Assembly (NCBI RefSeq): GCF_001194135.2
Contig: NC_068997.1
Location: 56,499,578-56,563,577 of the forward strand
Reading direction: 5' to 3'
DNA: 64,000 bases
Source: Octopus bimaculoides
Taxonomy: Eukaryota
A program made the translations under genes and the position numbers. Below, in pieces: positions 12,114 to 25,831 of the stretch. A model generated the notes under the pieces. The model was not told the DNA's origin. It searched no databases and saw nothing but the letters and a program-made list of their open reading frames with translations. Every line of letters starts with the position of its first letter. The first letter of the stretch is position 1.

Positions 12114-12416
12114 CGCGTAAACCCGCGTGTTTTAGTGTTGCATATACCTGTGTACATGTTTGAGTGTTTGCTAGTTTGCTATTGGATTTGTGAACATTCG
12201 CGTTGGATTTTCTTTCCCTTTTTCTTTCTTACTTTCTACAGATCTAATTCTCTCAATAGGAATATATGTTAACAGATTTCGATTTTTCTTTGAATGAGTA
12301 GGTTTGTGTATACACATATATAATTGCAGACCTTGTACACTTAAAGCAAAATGTACAAATATACATATATGCATGCGTATATAGAATCATATGTATTTCT
12401 GCATATACGTATGTAC

Positions 12417-12452
<36 letters not shown>

Positions 12453-12503
12453 TAGATAGATACATAGATAGATATATGCATAAATGTAAATGCATGTGTA
12501 TAC

Positions 12504-12535
<32 letters not shown>

Positions 12536-12550
12536 ATACATATATATTTA

Positions 12551-12586
<36 letters not shown>

Positions 12587-12974
12587 CGAATATACAGACA
12601 CTTTTTATACATACGTGTATAGATATCTATATTACGTATACATACACATGCATACACCCATCGATGCAAACACATGTATATATAAATTTGGCAAACTTAA
12701 AATATATATTTGCCATGCATTCCTCCCCCCTACCTATCTCCCCCCTACACCACTGAATACACGCCATGCATTTCTGATGGAATTCTGCAGATCTTTGCTC
12801 TCCCTTTTTCTCTTCCTTTCTCTCCTCCTGTATCTATTTGTTTGTTTCTTTCTTTCTTTCTTCTTTTCTTTTGTCTATTTTAAAGTGTTTTTTTTCTTTT
12901 GTTATTATTGTCGTGTTTTTTTTTGTTGATGTTTTTGTTGGAGTTGATATTGTTGTTTTGCATAAGACTAACAG

Positions 12975-13059
12975 CAGCAGAGAAGTTTCGTCGAGCCAAC
13001 AGCGGCCGTGTTGCTGTTGTTGCCGTTGGTGGTGGTTGTGGTGGTGATAGTTGTGGAAT
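12975..13059 (+). CDS. Candidate exon Z (phase 0 to 1), hydrophobic low-complexity
   Basis: actaacag| ... |gtgagt; reads QQRSFVEPTAAVLLLLPLVVVVVVIVVE. Largely GTT/GTG repeats, so may be spurious. Confidence 0.15.
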
Positions 13060-13159
13060 GTGAGTGAAAATACTTCTTATTACTGACCTTCATCTGTTTG
13101 CAACGAAAGCGACAAGAAGAGGTAAAAAGACAAAGAAAAAGGGGGAGGAGAAGGCGGAG

Positions 13160-13433
13160 AAGAAGAAGAAGAAGAAGAAGTAGAAGTTAAGAAGAAGTGA
13201 AGAAGAAGAAGTAGAAGAAGTTAAGAAGAAGAAGAAGTGAAGAAGAAGAAGAAAAAAAGAAGTTAAGAAGTTAAGAAGAAGAAGAAGAAGTTAAGAAGAA
13301 GTTAAGAAGTTAAGAAGAAGAAGAAGTTAAGAAGAAGAAAAGAAGTTAAGAAGAAGAAGAAGAAGTTAAGAAGAAGAAGAAGAAGAAGAAGTTAAGAAGA
13401 AGAAGAAGTTAAGAAGAAGAAGAAGAAGAAGAA
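13160..13433. repeat. (GAA)n tract punctuated by GTTAA/GTGAA
   Basis: Directly visible, about 270 bp. Confidence 0.95.
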
Positions 13434-13934
13434 GGTGATGTCGGTGGAAAAGCTATGATGTGTGCAGCATGCAATTTTGAAAAGTAAGTAGATGGAGATG
13501 TGCATTTATTGCAAAGGGTGTTATGGAAGAAAGTTTTTCTCCATTTATTCATAGACACGCAAATACAAATTTCAATACAACAAGGTAACATATGAATATC
13601 AAGTGATATTTACTTATGTTTTACAACTGGTTTTTTTCTTTTCACCTCCGATTTCTGCAAACGAAACTCATGTCATCACACGCACACTTGCAATGACCTC
13701 ACACAAGAACACACGTTCACACACACATAGGAATGCAAACTCAGACGCATACAAGCAAGCGTAGATGCGTACGAACACACCTATACACGCACGTATACAA
13801 AGATAGCATACATGAACTTACAAATGAACATACACACATACACACACACAAACACATGCAGATTCTTCAAAACATGCATAGGAACACATGCATTCGTTAG
13901 AAATTTATACACACACTAAAATCATATATACATA

Positions 13935-14009
<75 letters not shown>

Positions 14010-14329
14010 TAACACACGCACACACAAGCATGTAAACAAAAAACACATGAACATGTATAAAAAATTCTGCACATAAAAACATGCACAACCCACAAAATAG
14101 TTGCTAAAATCTAAACATATGCATAAACACATAAAAACGATATGCACAGTCGTAAGTACATATATACGCACATAAATAGATCTCTACACATATTGAAAAA
14201 CCTCTACGCAAACATCAAGACTAACATATAAAACGCATGAAAATGCATGATCATAAACTTATAGAGAGTTAGCCACAAAATAAGTTATACTTTTATTTAT
14301 GAGAAAAGTATGTTTGTTTGTTTGATTGT

Positions 14330-14365
14330 ATCTGTGTGTGAGAGAGTACTTGCTTATGCATATTG

Positions 14366-14437
<72 letters not shown>

Positions 14438-14466
14438 GAAAGAGAGAGAGAGAAAGAGAGAGAGAG
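14330..14466. repeat. (GA)n/(GAAA) purine tract
   Basis: Directly visible. Confidence 0.9.
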
Positions 14467-14604
14467 GGTGGGATGGTAAGGGAGTTTCTGATAGAGGGTG
14501 AGAGAAAGAGAATGTGTCTGTATGCGTCATTTAAATGTTAGATTTTCTCTGCTGATATACACAGAAAATGAAGCAAATCTATATACGCATACGAGGATAT
14601 CTAT

Positions 14605-14605
14605 G

Positions 14606-14672
<67 letters not shown>
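14605..14672. repeat. (GCGT)n tetranucleotide repeat
   Basis: Directly visible; runs into a gap. Confidence 0.95.
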
Positions 14673-15238
14673 NNNNNNNNNNNNNNNNNNNNNNNNNNNN
14701 NNNNNNNNNNNNNNNNNNNNNNNNNNNNNNNNNNNNNNNNNNNNNNNNNNNNNNNNNNNNNNNNNNNNNNNNNNNNNNNNNNNNNNNNNNNNNNNNNNNN
14801 NNNNNNNNNNNNNNNNNNNNNNNNNNNNNNNNNNNNNNNNNNNNNNNNNNNNNNNNNNNNNNNNNNNNNNNNNNNNNNNNNNNNNNNNNNNNNNNNNNNN
14901 NNNNNNNNNNNNNNNNNNNNNNNNNNNNNNNNNNNNNNNNNNNNNNNNNNNNNNNNNNNNNNNNNNNNNNNNNNNNNNNNNNNNNNNNNNNNNNNNNNNN
15001 NNNNNNNNNNNNNNNNNNNNNNNNNNNNNNNNNNNNNNNNNNNNNNNNNNNNNNNNNNNNNNNNNNNNNNNNNNNNNNNNNNNNNNNNNNNNNNNNNNNN
15101 NNNNNNNNNNNNNNNNNNNNNNNNNNNNNNNNNNNNNNNNNNNNNNNNNNNNNNNNNNNNNNNNNNNNNNNNNNNNNNNNNNNNNNNNNNNNNNNNNNNN
15201 NNNNNNNNNNNNNNNNNNNNNNNNNNNNNNNNNNNNNN
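14673..15238. other. Assembly gap (N)
   Basis: Run of N. Confidence 1.
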
Positions 15239-15278
<40 letters not shown>

Positions 15279-15730
15279 GTGCGTGTGTGTGTATGTATGA
15301 TTTTAACAAAAGCATTATTGCTCAGAGTAGCCAGTATATGCATATGATCAACATAAACAGATACATATATAGTAAATACCATACAACATTAATATTTAAT
15401 TTATTAAAATTATTTCTACCCTTAGAAGATAGCAACAGCTGTTATTACCCTTTACAGGCCTCATTTAGTGCACTACTGAATTTTAAATGCATTTCCTTAA
15501 TGAAGTCAGAGGAGAATTCTCAAATCAGAAAGAGATTTCAAATACACATATATTAATTATTAATGTGTGTGTGTGTGTGTGTAAATTGATAAAACAAGAA
15601 GATGGAGTGAACAGGTTCTAATCACAAACCATAACAATTGTTTTTGTGCTTTGGTAACAGCTGTTAGTTGCTCAGTTAACTATGTTATGCATTTTGTTAT
15701 ATAAACGTTGTATTAATAAATATAATCCAG

Positions 15731-15804
15731 CAGCAGGTGTGTACCCGCACGTCATCAGGCATAGGATCTTTAAGATGCACGTTAAAAGGTTATTTACCCA
15801 GATG
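15731..15804 (+). CDS. Candidate exon A (phase 1 to 0) of an unidentified gene
   Basis: atccag|(cagcag) ... ATG|gtatga; reads AGVYPHVIRHRIFKMHVKRLFTQM. Acceptor pyrimidine tract is weak. Confidence 0.25.
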
Positions 15805-15929
15805 GTATGAAAATACGTACATACAATACACATACATACATACATACACGCACATGCACTCCACCACATGTACAAGAAACTTATTTTATATATTATATAC
15901 ATTTTGTCAAAGAAAAGTGTGCGTAAAAG

Positions 15930-16200
15930 AGAGGGGAAGGGAAAGAAAGAGAGAAATAGAAGAGTGAGAGAGAGAGAGAGAGAGAGGAAGGAGAGAAAAT
16001 AGAGGAAGGAGAGAGAGAGAGGAAGAAGAGAAAATAGAGGAAGGAGAGAGAGAGAGGAAGGAGACAAAGATAGAGGAAGGGGAGAGCGAGAGAGAGGAAG
16101 GGGAGAGCGAGAGAGAGGAAGGAGAGAGAGAGAGAGAGAGGAAGGAGAGAGAGAGAGAGAGGAAGGAGAGAGAGAGAGGGAGGAGAGAAAGATAGAGAGA
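15930..16200. repeat. GA-rich degenerate minisatellite (gagagagaggaag units)
   Basis: Directly visible. Confidence 0.9.
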
Positions 16201-16280
16201 GTGATTAAATGGACGTGAGACTTATTTATTTCGACTCGGACGATATTTAATTAACATTTAATAAATATTTAATTAATATT

Positions 16281-16457
16281 CTGGCAGAAGGCCAGCAATT
16301 TCGAAGGAGAGGTTAATTTGATTATAATGACCCTCATTATTTAACTGGTACTTATTTTATCGACCCCGAAACGGTGAAAGATTAAGTCAACCTCGGAACT
16401 TAGAACGTAATGACGGACGAAACGCCAAAAGCATTTTCTCCGGCGTGCTAACGATTC
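16281..16457 (-). mobile_element. SINE family A
   Basis: Reverse complement of the A consensus (ggccagcaatttc...ggtacttattttatcgaccccgaaa...ccggcgtgctaacgattc on the plus strand). Confidence 0.85.
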
Positions 16458-17314
16458 ACTACCATACGATATCTTATTAATATTAGCAAGAATATTAAAT
16501 TTTTTAACAAAATATTATAAACGATGCTAAGCGATGGTGGTGTTGGCGATGAGTATGATGATAATGATAATGATGATGATTTCAAGAAGAAATTGACTTA
16601 GAAAAACTCTTACGGACTTTAGCTGAACAAAGATTGGAACACAAATCTGTGAATTGCCAACATCACTTAATTCCACTATCGTATCTTGAAGATGCATCAC
16701 CAGCGGCACTGAAACACGATTTGAATGAGGAATTATTTTGTCAGAAACCTTGTTTGACTAATTTCCCGATGTCTGATGCTTCTCCCCTCATTCAAGAATA
16801 AGTACAAATACTCCCACCTTCCCTCTTCTTTCTTCAACCTATAACTTACCATTTATGGACAGCTTGAAGCAAAGAATCATCGATGAAGCTCTTTGAGATA
16901 TATCTCCCTTATTGATCATCCGATTGTGGAATTTGTTGTTTTGTTCGTTAATTTTATTTCTTGACAGAATGAATTACAAGACATTGATATAATGCCTGTG
17001 CTTTTATGGATAGATAAAACACACACACACACACACACATAGTGGTTCGCTTTCTCCCTCACGCACACAGATATTACACGTGCACATATACAAACCTTTC
17101 ATACGAAACACATACATACAGATCTCTCTCTACCCCCCCCCCCAATCATATTCACTCATTCACACGCTTCTTTCTCTTTTTCTCTCTGTAAGATACGCAC
17201 ATAGATTTCAGACACATCACGCAGCCAGACACATACACACGCACGCACACACACGAATCTCTCTTTCACTCGGTACACAAACATACATCTCTCTCTCTTT
17301 CTCTGTCTCTCTGT

Positions 17315-17354
<40 letters not shown>

Positions 17355-18199
17355 AAGGAGTCATATCTATATCACTCAGACTCATCACAGACTCCACACT
17401 AACAAAATTCGTGGAAACTCACATGCATTACCAGAACATAGGCGCACGTGTGTGCGCGCACACACACACATATATACATGCACGCACGCACAAGTCATAA
17501 CCACACTCTTGCCCACACAGAACGCAAGCACATCCACAAATGGCAAACGCACACACACGCACACACAGATTGTAAGCGCGCACAAACATAGAAACAGACA
17601 TACGCGCACATATCAAATTGTCGTTGAAATGAAATCGGTCCCTGGAGGGCCGTGATCCATTGAAAAGCGAAAGTAAATCAATAAAGTTTCTATCAGTAAA
17701 TCAACCAATCAATGAATCAATCGCATGTAAATTGATCGCTTTCTACTGTCGAGATAGACAAGAAAAAAGATTGGTAAATATAGAGGAGGAGACGTATATA
17801 AAACTGAACAAGGCATGATCCATTGAAGAAAGGAACATACAGAAGATTATGTATCACACATTGTATATCATAGATGCAGGGATCTATAGATCTATAGACT
17901 ATGAAGAGAATGGCAGATACAGTAAAGACGACGCATAGATCTCTAGAATTAGTAAACATAAATATACACGCTTTAAACATTTCTCCCTAACTTTCTGTCT
18001 GTCTGCTTGTCTGTCTGCCTGTCTCTCAGTCTGTATGTATGAAAGTGTGTGTATGTATGTAAGTATATATGTGCGTGTATAAATGTGTTTATATGTATAC
18101 GTATTTGTGCCTGTGTATGCATGAATATATACATTTTCTTATGCGTTCCCTCGTACTTATGCACATGTATGCACATGTATGCATATGTGCATCTGTATA

Positions 18200-18235
<36 letters not shown>

Positions 18236-18617
18236 TCAAAACTAAATCCATACGACTATTCTGTCATGAAATCTTCCGAACAATCATAAAAGGATCCAAC
18301 ATTGAATATTTATTTGTTTGTTTGTTATTATATTCGAAACGATATATTAACTTCTCACCATAACTCAGTTTTGTCGGTTTCTTGCTTTTCTTCCCCCGTC
18401 CCCATTCACTTCGCTTTATTTTTACTATGTTGTTTTACTGTCATACCTCCCCACACACACGCACACACACAAACACGCGCACGCAAACTCACACACGATA
18501 TTCCTACCATGTTCCTGGACTGCAAAGATTTATTTCTTAACCAATCTTTGACAAAATGTCAAAACGTGAAATATTAATTCAGCAATAAAGTTGATTGTTA
18601 TTTCGTGCGTGTGTGTG

Positions 18618-18804
18618 NNNNNNNNNNNNNNNNNNNNNNNNNNNNNNNNNNNNNNNNNNNNNNNNNNNNNNNNNNNNNNNNNNNNNNNNNNNNNNNNNNN
18701 NNNNNNNNNNNNNNNNNNNNNNNNNNNNNNNNNNNNNNNNNNNNNNNNNNNNNNNNNNNNNNNNNNNNNNNNNNNNNNNNNNNNNNNNNNNNNNNNNNNN
18801 NNNN
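18618..18804. other. Assembly gap (N) inside (GT)/(GCGT) repeat
   Basis: Run of N. Confidence 1.
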
Positions 18805-19080
18805 GCGTGCGTGCGTGCGTGCGTGTGTGTGTGTGTGTGTGTGTGCGTGCGTGCGTGTGGTAGAATCAATGGCATACAATGGATGAATTTCTTGGTTATG
18901 TCACCTTGTGTTTCGTGTTCTAATCCTAACCAAGTCGGCATTGTTTTTTTTATTTTTCCTGTTGCCTGTCAGTAGCAAAATTTACGAATTTATTCACGTA
19001 TTTATAAGGCAAAGACTCTCTCACATTCCATTTTATTCCATCTTATTTTCTGAATTCAAATCCCAGGGAGATGTAGTTTG

Positions 19081-19157
19081 TTGTAGTGACTTAGCACACG
19101 TCAATCCTGATTAGTTAGACTTGTGATCAAAGGTGTTCTAGTCATGACCATCCCATC
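19081..19157 (-). mobile_element. Interspersed repeat family H, 3' fragment
   Basis: Reverse complement gggatggtcatgactagaacacc matches ggatggtcatggctgg at 49.97 kb and 62.03 kb. Confidence 0.55.
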
Positions 19158-19415
19158 AGCAGGGAACAGGTTGACCTTGTTACTCGACATATTTTGTTTA
19201 AAAGCAGTTGGCAGTGATTCCATTGACAATTTGTTCCTATTTCGAAGAGGTTCAGAGTCCACATGCAACCTTATCTCCATCATCTTTGACGTCACTCATT
19301 ATAATATGTCTTCATCTATCTACTTCTTTCCCCGATTCGTGCTTTTATATTTTGCAAATTCAGACCCAACCAGGGTCTTCCTTGAAATCATGAAAGTCAG
19401 TGCCAGAGCAATATC

Positions 19416-19520
19416 GATTTCAGATGTTGGCACAAGGCCTGCAATTTCGGGTGATGGGAATAAATCGATTCCCTTCATCCCTGTGCTCAGCTAGTGCTTA
19501 TTTCATTGACCCCGAAATGA
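19416..19520 (-). mobile_element. SINE family A, 3' fragment
   Basis: ttggcacaaggcctgcaatttcggg...cattgaccccgaaa. Confidence 0.7.
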
Positions 19521-21109
19521 TAATTCTACTACAATCAGAGTCACACCTAGATAGATATTCATACAGAGTGAAAGAGAAGCTTGACACAAATCTCTCTCTA
19601 CAAGCAAAATGCAATTAGAGGACTTAGATGCATCATCTACCTGCCTTTACTTTTAATATATACGTTGAGTGACCTTACACATCTTTTCTTCCAGACAATC
19701 AGGAAAATTGTGGAATTTCTTATATCCACTTACACGTCATCTGTTCCATTCTGTTTACAGATATATATAAATCTACATGTACACTTTTTTATTGTCACAA
19801 GCTCATACATACCAGTATATACATAATAAATATACACGCTTACACAATCAAATGTCAGCCTATACTGGAGAAGAATGACTTACTGAGTGAGAAGAAGCTT
19901 TAGATACAACAACTTGTTTAGTAATTAGCTTCAGCTCTAGGCGAAAGTGCCTTGCTATGTGGGGAGGGGGGGGGGAGAGATTGAAACCGAATAAAACTCA
20001 CTGACCTTCAGGATGTATTCAAAGAGATGCTTGTTGTTGTCGGGCTGTTCAAGTGGCCCTTTCGGTATTCATTGTTATGCTAGTATATATGAGAGTATAT
20101 AGTGTTTGTATGATTGTCATATTTTATGTACACAGAGTATTTGTCGAGGATTGGGATGTTAGCCAGGAATACCTATACCCTTTCATCGGTACATTATGCC
20201 ATAGCTTTTCTTATCTACATACGAGGGTAAGTCTTTTATATAATCCATTTTACATTGTACGATATATTTCTCTTTTTCATGTTCCTTATATAGGCAAGTA
20301 ACGCCTATCAAGTTTTTTTTCATCAAATATCGAATTATAGCTGTGCTAGTAGCAAGTTTTACTAAAAAGGATTAGAGATTATTCCTATAGCCCACATGTG
20401 ATATTGGCAAGAAAACTGGTGAGTTAGTAAAGCGCTTTTGTAATTTTCACATTTTCCCAGGCAGTTTATGTTAAATTGGAATATATTTGAGGTGCGACTG
20501 TTGCAGTTCTGGTGAGTGTTGTATGTAAGGTTGATTCAAATCTAGATGTAAAAGCTTGTTAAAATAGATTTCTTCAAACGTCTCACCCAATAATACAACA
20601 CCCTCTACTCGCTCATGTATTGAGTACTTTATTTTGTAACTCTAAGCTTTCATTACAGAACTGTCTCTCTCCCTTAATGATATGTTTGTTTATTTATACA
20701 TATTTCCTTTCAAGTTCCATAGAAACTCGTTCATATATGATTATGATACATATATACACGCACATAAAAACACACATCTATAATATTACTATATATATAG
20801 TATCTATTACTACAAGTAGTGTTTGCTATTTCCAGTTTCAGGTTTATATTATTGCTAATCATTATTTTTCTTTCATTTATAAGCTTTTTTTTTGTGTATA
20901 TTTTAAGATTTTTGCACTGAGATTTTAAACTGTAATAAAATATGCGTTTTATGCTGGCCTCAGAACACTGCAAAACATCGTCCGATATAATAATATTAAT
21001 ACCCGGAAAAGTTCCAGATTTTAAAAAAAGATAAGTAAATTGAAACAAAATCTATTCTTGAAAATTGTTCCTCATGAAAATTCCCTTTGAATGAAAATAG
21101 AACCACATG

Positions 21110-21120
21110 TATGCTTGTGT

Positions 21121-21156
<36 letters not shown>

Positions 21157-21163
21157 ATGTAGG

Positions 21164-21194
<31 letters not shown>

Positions 21195-21290
21195 ATACAT
21201 ATATTTATGTATGTAGTAAATATATATATACATTCATGTATATATATGTATATATATATATACGTATGTATATATATACATATATGTATG

Positions 21291-21369
<79 letters not shown>

Positions 21370-21400
21370 ATATACATATATATATCTATATACATATTTC
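21110..21400. repeat. (TG)n/(TA)n compound microsatellite
   Basis: Directly visible. Confidence 0.95.
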
Positions 21401-21653
21401 TAAATACACACACAGGGACAGAGAGAAAAGTTTATAGATAGACAGATAGCTCTGTCGCTGTGTATTATTGACATGCACACAGACACAGGTGCTGCTTTTC
21501 GAAATTATATCTGGCAATAGGTATATATTTTCTAAGTGGTTTCACCATTTCTATGCATAGAATATTGATTGTTTGTATGTTTTTTTTTTATCTCAATGCA
21601 ATGCATTTTCTTTGTAAGGGAAGTGTATTTATATAAGTGAACGAACTTCAATG

Positions 21654-21670
<17 letters not shown>

Positions 21671-21684
<14 letters not shown>

Positions 21685-21786
21685 TCACACACATTTATAT
21701 AGAGAATATATATTCATAGATACATATACACTCTTACACATACATATATCTACATATGTATGTATATCTGTCTGTCGAAATATATG

Positions 21787-21818
<32 letters not shown>

Positions 21819-21934
21819 AATATATATACATTCACACACATTTATATAGAGAATATATATTTATAGATACATATACACTCTTACACATACATATATCTAT
21901 ATATGCATGTATCTCTATCTATATCTGTCTGTCT
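21671..21934. repeat. Tandem duplication, period about 147 bp
   Basis: cattcacacacatttatatagagaatata...cactcttacacatacatatatcta occurs at 21682 and 21829. Confidence 0.85.
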
Positions 21935-22521
21935 GTCTCTCTCTATATATATATACATACACCCCCCCCACACACACACACCCACGCATTACTACGCACA
22001 TATATATGTACATTATTTGTGGTCATTTTATTGATTTTCCACAAACGAGATTTATAATTCAGTTCCAGTAAAAATTCAAACGCTGGAATTTTTACAGCTG
22101 ATAGTCAAAGCCTGTAAATATCTGTTATTCTATAATGTACATTTTCACTTTATTATAAACTTGATTTCAATATAAACGTCTAATATTTATGAAGTCTATT
22201 TATTCTTGAAGTGGTTAGGAGTTGTCCACTGTACAGCGCTTTGTCACTCATCTTGTCCCCTCTCATTGATTTGATTTCCTGACCTCTTTCAAGTGAACTC
22301 AACGATTCCCTTTTGTTTGACGGAATAGCGTCTCAGATTTTAACTCAACAAATTCTTTTGTTTCCATTCACCAACAGTCTTTTTCGAAAATTCAGTCTCC
22401 CTTGGTTCTACTCAGTAAACACCCTCGGTGCCACACAATAACTTCCTCTGCTTTGGTCTCGCAATTCCTCTGGCTTCGGTATAACAACATCTATTTGGCC
22501 GAGTGAAAACCTTCCTTTAAG

Positions 22522-22640
22522 TCAACCACAGTGACATTGAAAACCTTCATTCTTGATGTCGTCATAAACGTTTGAAATATTTTCTTCAATTTTGGTTGAA
22601 GCATCATAACTGGAGTTTAGAGTCGTTGAGTCGCATGAAC
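22522..22640 (-). CDS. Candidate terminal exon (phase 1), minus strand
   Basis: tatgtag|GT then SCDSTTLNSSYDASTKIEENISNVYDDIKNEGFQCHCG*. Protein-like, but no partner exon found. Confidence 0.25.
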
Positions 22641-22700
22641 CTACATACATTTACGAATTGTCTGCACAGGTTTTACGCAAATTCTAGATGACAATAATCC

Positions 22701-22836
22701 TTTCTAAATTTAGTGCAAGACCTGAGGACGATGATCGATGACATCGACCCCAATGCTGAGATTGGTCCTTATTTTATTGATCACACGAGGCTTAAAGGCA
22801 AAATCAACGTCGGCGGCATTTGGACTCAGACCGTAA
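22701..22836 (-). mobile_element. SINE family A, degenerate
   Basis: catcgaccccaatgctgagattggtccttattttattgatc...aaaggcaaaatcaacgtcggcggcatttggactcaga. Confidence 0.7.
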
Positions 22837-25039
22837 CTCTAGTTGATGACGGTGATGATTCTCTCCCTTCTCGATTTTGTCTGCTATACATTGGACCGAA
22901 ACTGCATCCAGAAGACTGCTTGAAATAATAGTCAAAACATCCCTGAAATAAAAGCATTCAGTTTTAGGCGAGGAAAGACACATCCTACACTAGAATGCTT
23001 TTCAATGGTAGGTTTGTTCAATTAAACCCCCAACCATTGAACCATCACCACGACCACCACAACAACAACCACAACAACAGCAATAACAGCAGCAGAAGAA
23101 GAAGCGTCAATCTTCAGTCTGGAAGCAAATTGTTTGTTCAATCAAAGTTAGCTTAAAGTTCAACAGAAAAAGGAAAAAAATATGAGAACAGCCCCTATTT
23201 TCTCTCATAGAATGCTGAAGTAAAGGAAGAACCTTGCCTTTATCTCCATTCTGTGGCACTCTACCTTTATAATTAGTTACAATGGCAGATTTGACTTTGC
23301 TTTACAAAATCTCCCCCACCCCACCCCAGTAATCGAGGATATAATGGTATTTTAAATTGTAGTACCCCGAGTCAATGTTAAGACATTTCACTTTTTATTG
23401 AAGAACATCGGGATAGTCTGCTGATCATTGAAAACATACACTAAAGTCGTTTCTGATATTTATAATTTAAGTATGATGTTGAAAACGTTTTGACTACTGA
23501 CGAATCACTAAATTTATTGCATGTAAAAGACGAAAGACCAGGTAGTCTAGGTGGATATTGCGTTGTTACTGATCTGAACACTTAATAACACTTATTCACC
23601 TCAGAACATGCAACAGTGAGTAACAGGAAACCACACACCTGGGAATATTTCTAACAGATTAAAGAGTCAAAACCAAAGGTGAATGTTTGTTTTACCTGTT
23701 GCATGCAAAGAAATCTTACAAATGCCAAAGCAATATTTATGTCACCAAATTTCTATTACAAGGAATCGTCAGTTATTCTTACTCCCTTTTCTCCCACAAA
23801 TCTCAAAATCCCAGAAGTATCAAGCAAGTTTATACTTCGACTACGTTGTAAATAAATAAGCGAATAAGTAATAATATAACTCGCGTTAATATATGATGCG
23901 TGACAAAAGAATTTCATGTCAATTATGTAACTATGTGTGTGAATAAATACGTATATGTGTGTGTGTGTGTGTGTGCATATATACATATATATATATATGT
24001 GCATGTGTGGATGTGTGCTTAAGACACTGCGTGTGTGTAACTTTGAGCATAAGTGTTTGCATGTGACTGCATGAGTGTGTGAAACTTTGTGTGTGAGTGT
24101 ATAAATTTGTGTTGTGCAACTGTATTTTTGTAACTGTGTGTATGTGTTATTACGTGTATACGTGAATGTGCACGCGTACGTGTATATAATGATTGGCGAA
24201 TTAAACGTAATGTCTGGCTACAACTCTGCTTGAACAGCGATTTCGTGTGGAAGAGTGAATGCCGGTTACTGGTTGGATGGAACAAACGTTCACACCATTA
24301 GATATGCTATAGACTCGTTCACCTTTCAACTACACTGTTCAATCAGCCTTGAAATATATTATATATGATTCGGTGAGAGAACCAACTCAACTAGCATGCC
24401 ATTTAGTGTTAAACCAGTTGTACACTTTCATGGCTGAATACTAAATATGTGTGTATGCGTGTGAATATGTGTGTGTGTGTGTGTGTGTGCATAAGAGACA
24501 CCGAGAGCAAACAGAGAGATGATTGACCACCAGTTATACACACAAAATTTATCACTCAAGTCAACCTAACCTAAATGTGAAGATTTTGATATGAAAGCCT
24601 GCTATAATAACATTGCTGTATTAGTCATTGATATGTATTAAAACCTTACTATTGATTTTTAACAGAAAATACTTCAGCTTTCAACTGTTATCGATCCAAC
24701 TCAATCCTTAAAAGAACTAATAACGGATTTATATTCCTAGTCTTGTTAAGGGGCTGCAACATATATGCATTCTAGACTACATCGCTCTGAAAGATCATCC
24801 GACTGATTGATATAAAATCTCTCCACAACAATATTTGTTCCACAGACACACAGTTTCTGCTTTTTACATCTTCTAGCAACCTTACAATGATCTCTGTTTC
24901 TCAGAGACAACTGATAACATGTCACCTTCATTAAGATCCATCCAATTTCTCTCTTCTCTTGTCACTCACATTGTATCTGCCTTACTGTAATGACCACATA
25001 GTAATCACTTCCCAATAATTGTGATTGTATTATTATTAT

Positions 25040-25564
25040 TGAGTGAGAGAGCAGTGCATGCCATAAAAGTTGCACTGGGGTAAAATATACGAAGCCCAGT
25101 ATACCCATCATGACTACCCGTCTGATAAGGGTACACCAGGCACATGCATCACAACCGTATGTGCGCCACGTGGTGATCTTATATCAAAATAAACAGTGCA
25201 TGACCTTGCAGGTGGGGGGGGGGCAGTTAGAATTTTCGTCAGGTTGAGTAGCCCAAAGTCCCTGAATAAGGGTTGTTTAAGGATGCTGAACGAAACACCC
25301 ATGTTTCCAAAAGGTGAATTATCCAAACCCCAAAGAATTCCTTTCAACACATGGCTATGATGCTCCCCAACTACTTCTGCTCGTGATCAGAGATGCACAT
25401 ATCATCAGCCACCAAGGGACATGCTCAACTGGTTAAGGTCAAACAACTGACAAGTAAATCTGTGGTATTGAGCAGAATATTTGTTGTAGGCCATCTTGTA
25501 CATGATTACATTTCTAATCAGTTGAGAAGCCACGAGAGCCACTGCCTGGTACTGCATCAGGGCA
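25040..25564 (-). mobile_element. Unclassified ~525-bp interspersed repeat (family F) with (TAA)n tail
   Basis: Higher-complexity block bounded by (att)n and (gtt/gct)n, with TG...CA ends. Recalled as an abundant octopus repeat; single copy in the window. Confidence 0.55.
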
Positions 25565-25610
25565 ATTGTTGTTGTTGGTGGTGCTGCTGCTGCTGCTGTT
25601 GTTATTATTA

Positions 25611-25824
25611 AAGCGGCGAGCTGGCAGCATCATTAGCGCCGTGGGCAAAATGCTCAGCGGTATTTCTCCCGTCGCTACGTTCTGAGTTCAGATTCCGCCG
25701 AGAACGACTTTGCCTTTTATCCTTTCGGGGTCGATAAGTTAAGTACCAGTTCAGTGTTGAGGGTGATATAATCAACTTACCCCTCCCCACAAATTTCAGG
25801 TCTTGTGCCTATAGCAGAAAAGAT
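25611..25824 (+). mobile_element. SINE family A, full length
   Basis: Full match to the A consensus. Confidence 0.9.
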
Positions 25825-25831
25825 GGTTATT

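Noticed and set aside
13455-13483. ATG-initiated mini-exon MMCAACNFE with a gtaagt donor
   Set aside because: It ends in phase 2, which is incompatible with exon A, and there is no other support.
20219-20240. tacgagggtaag mariner-like TIR start
   Set aside because: No matching second TIR or transposase motif found.
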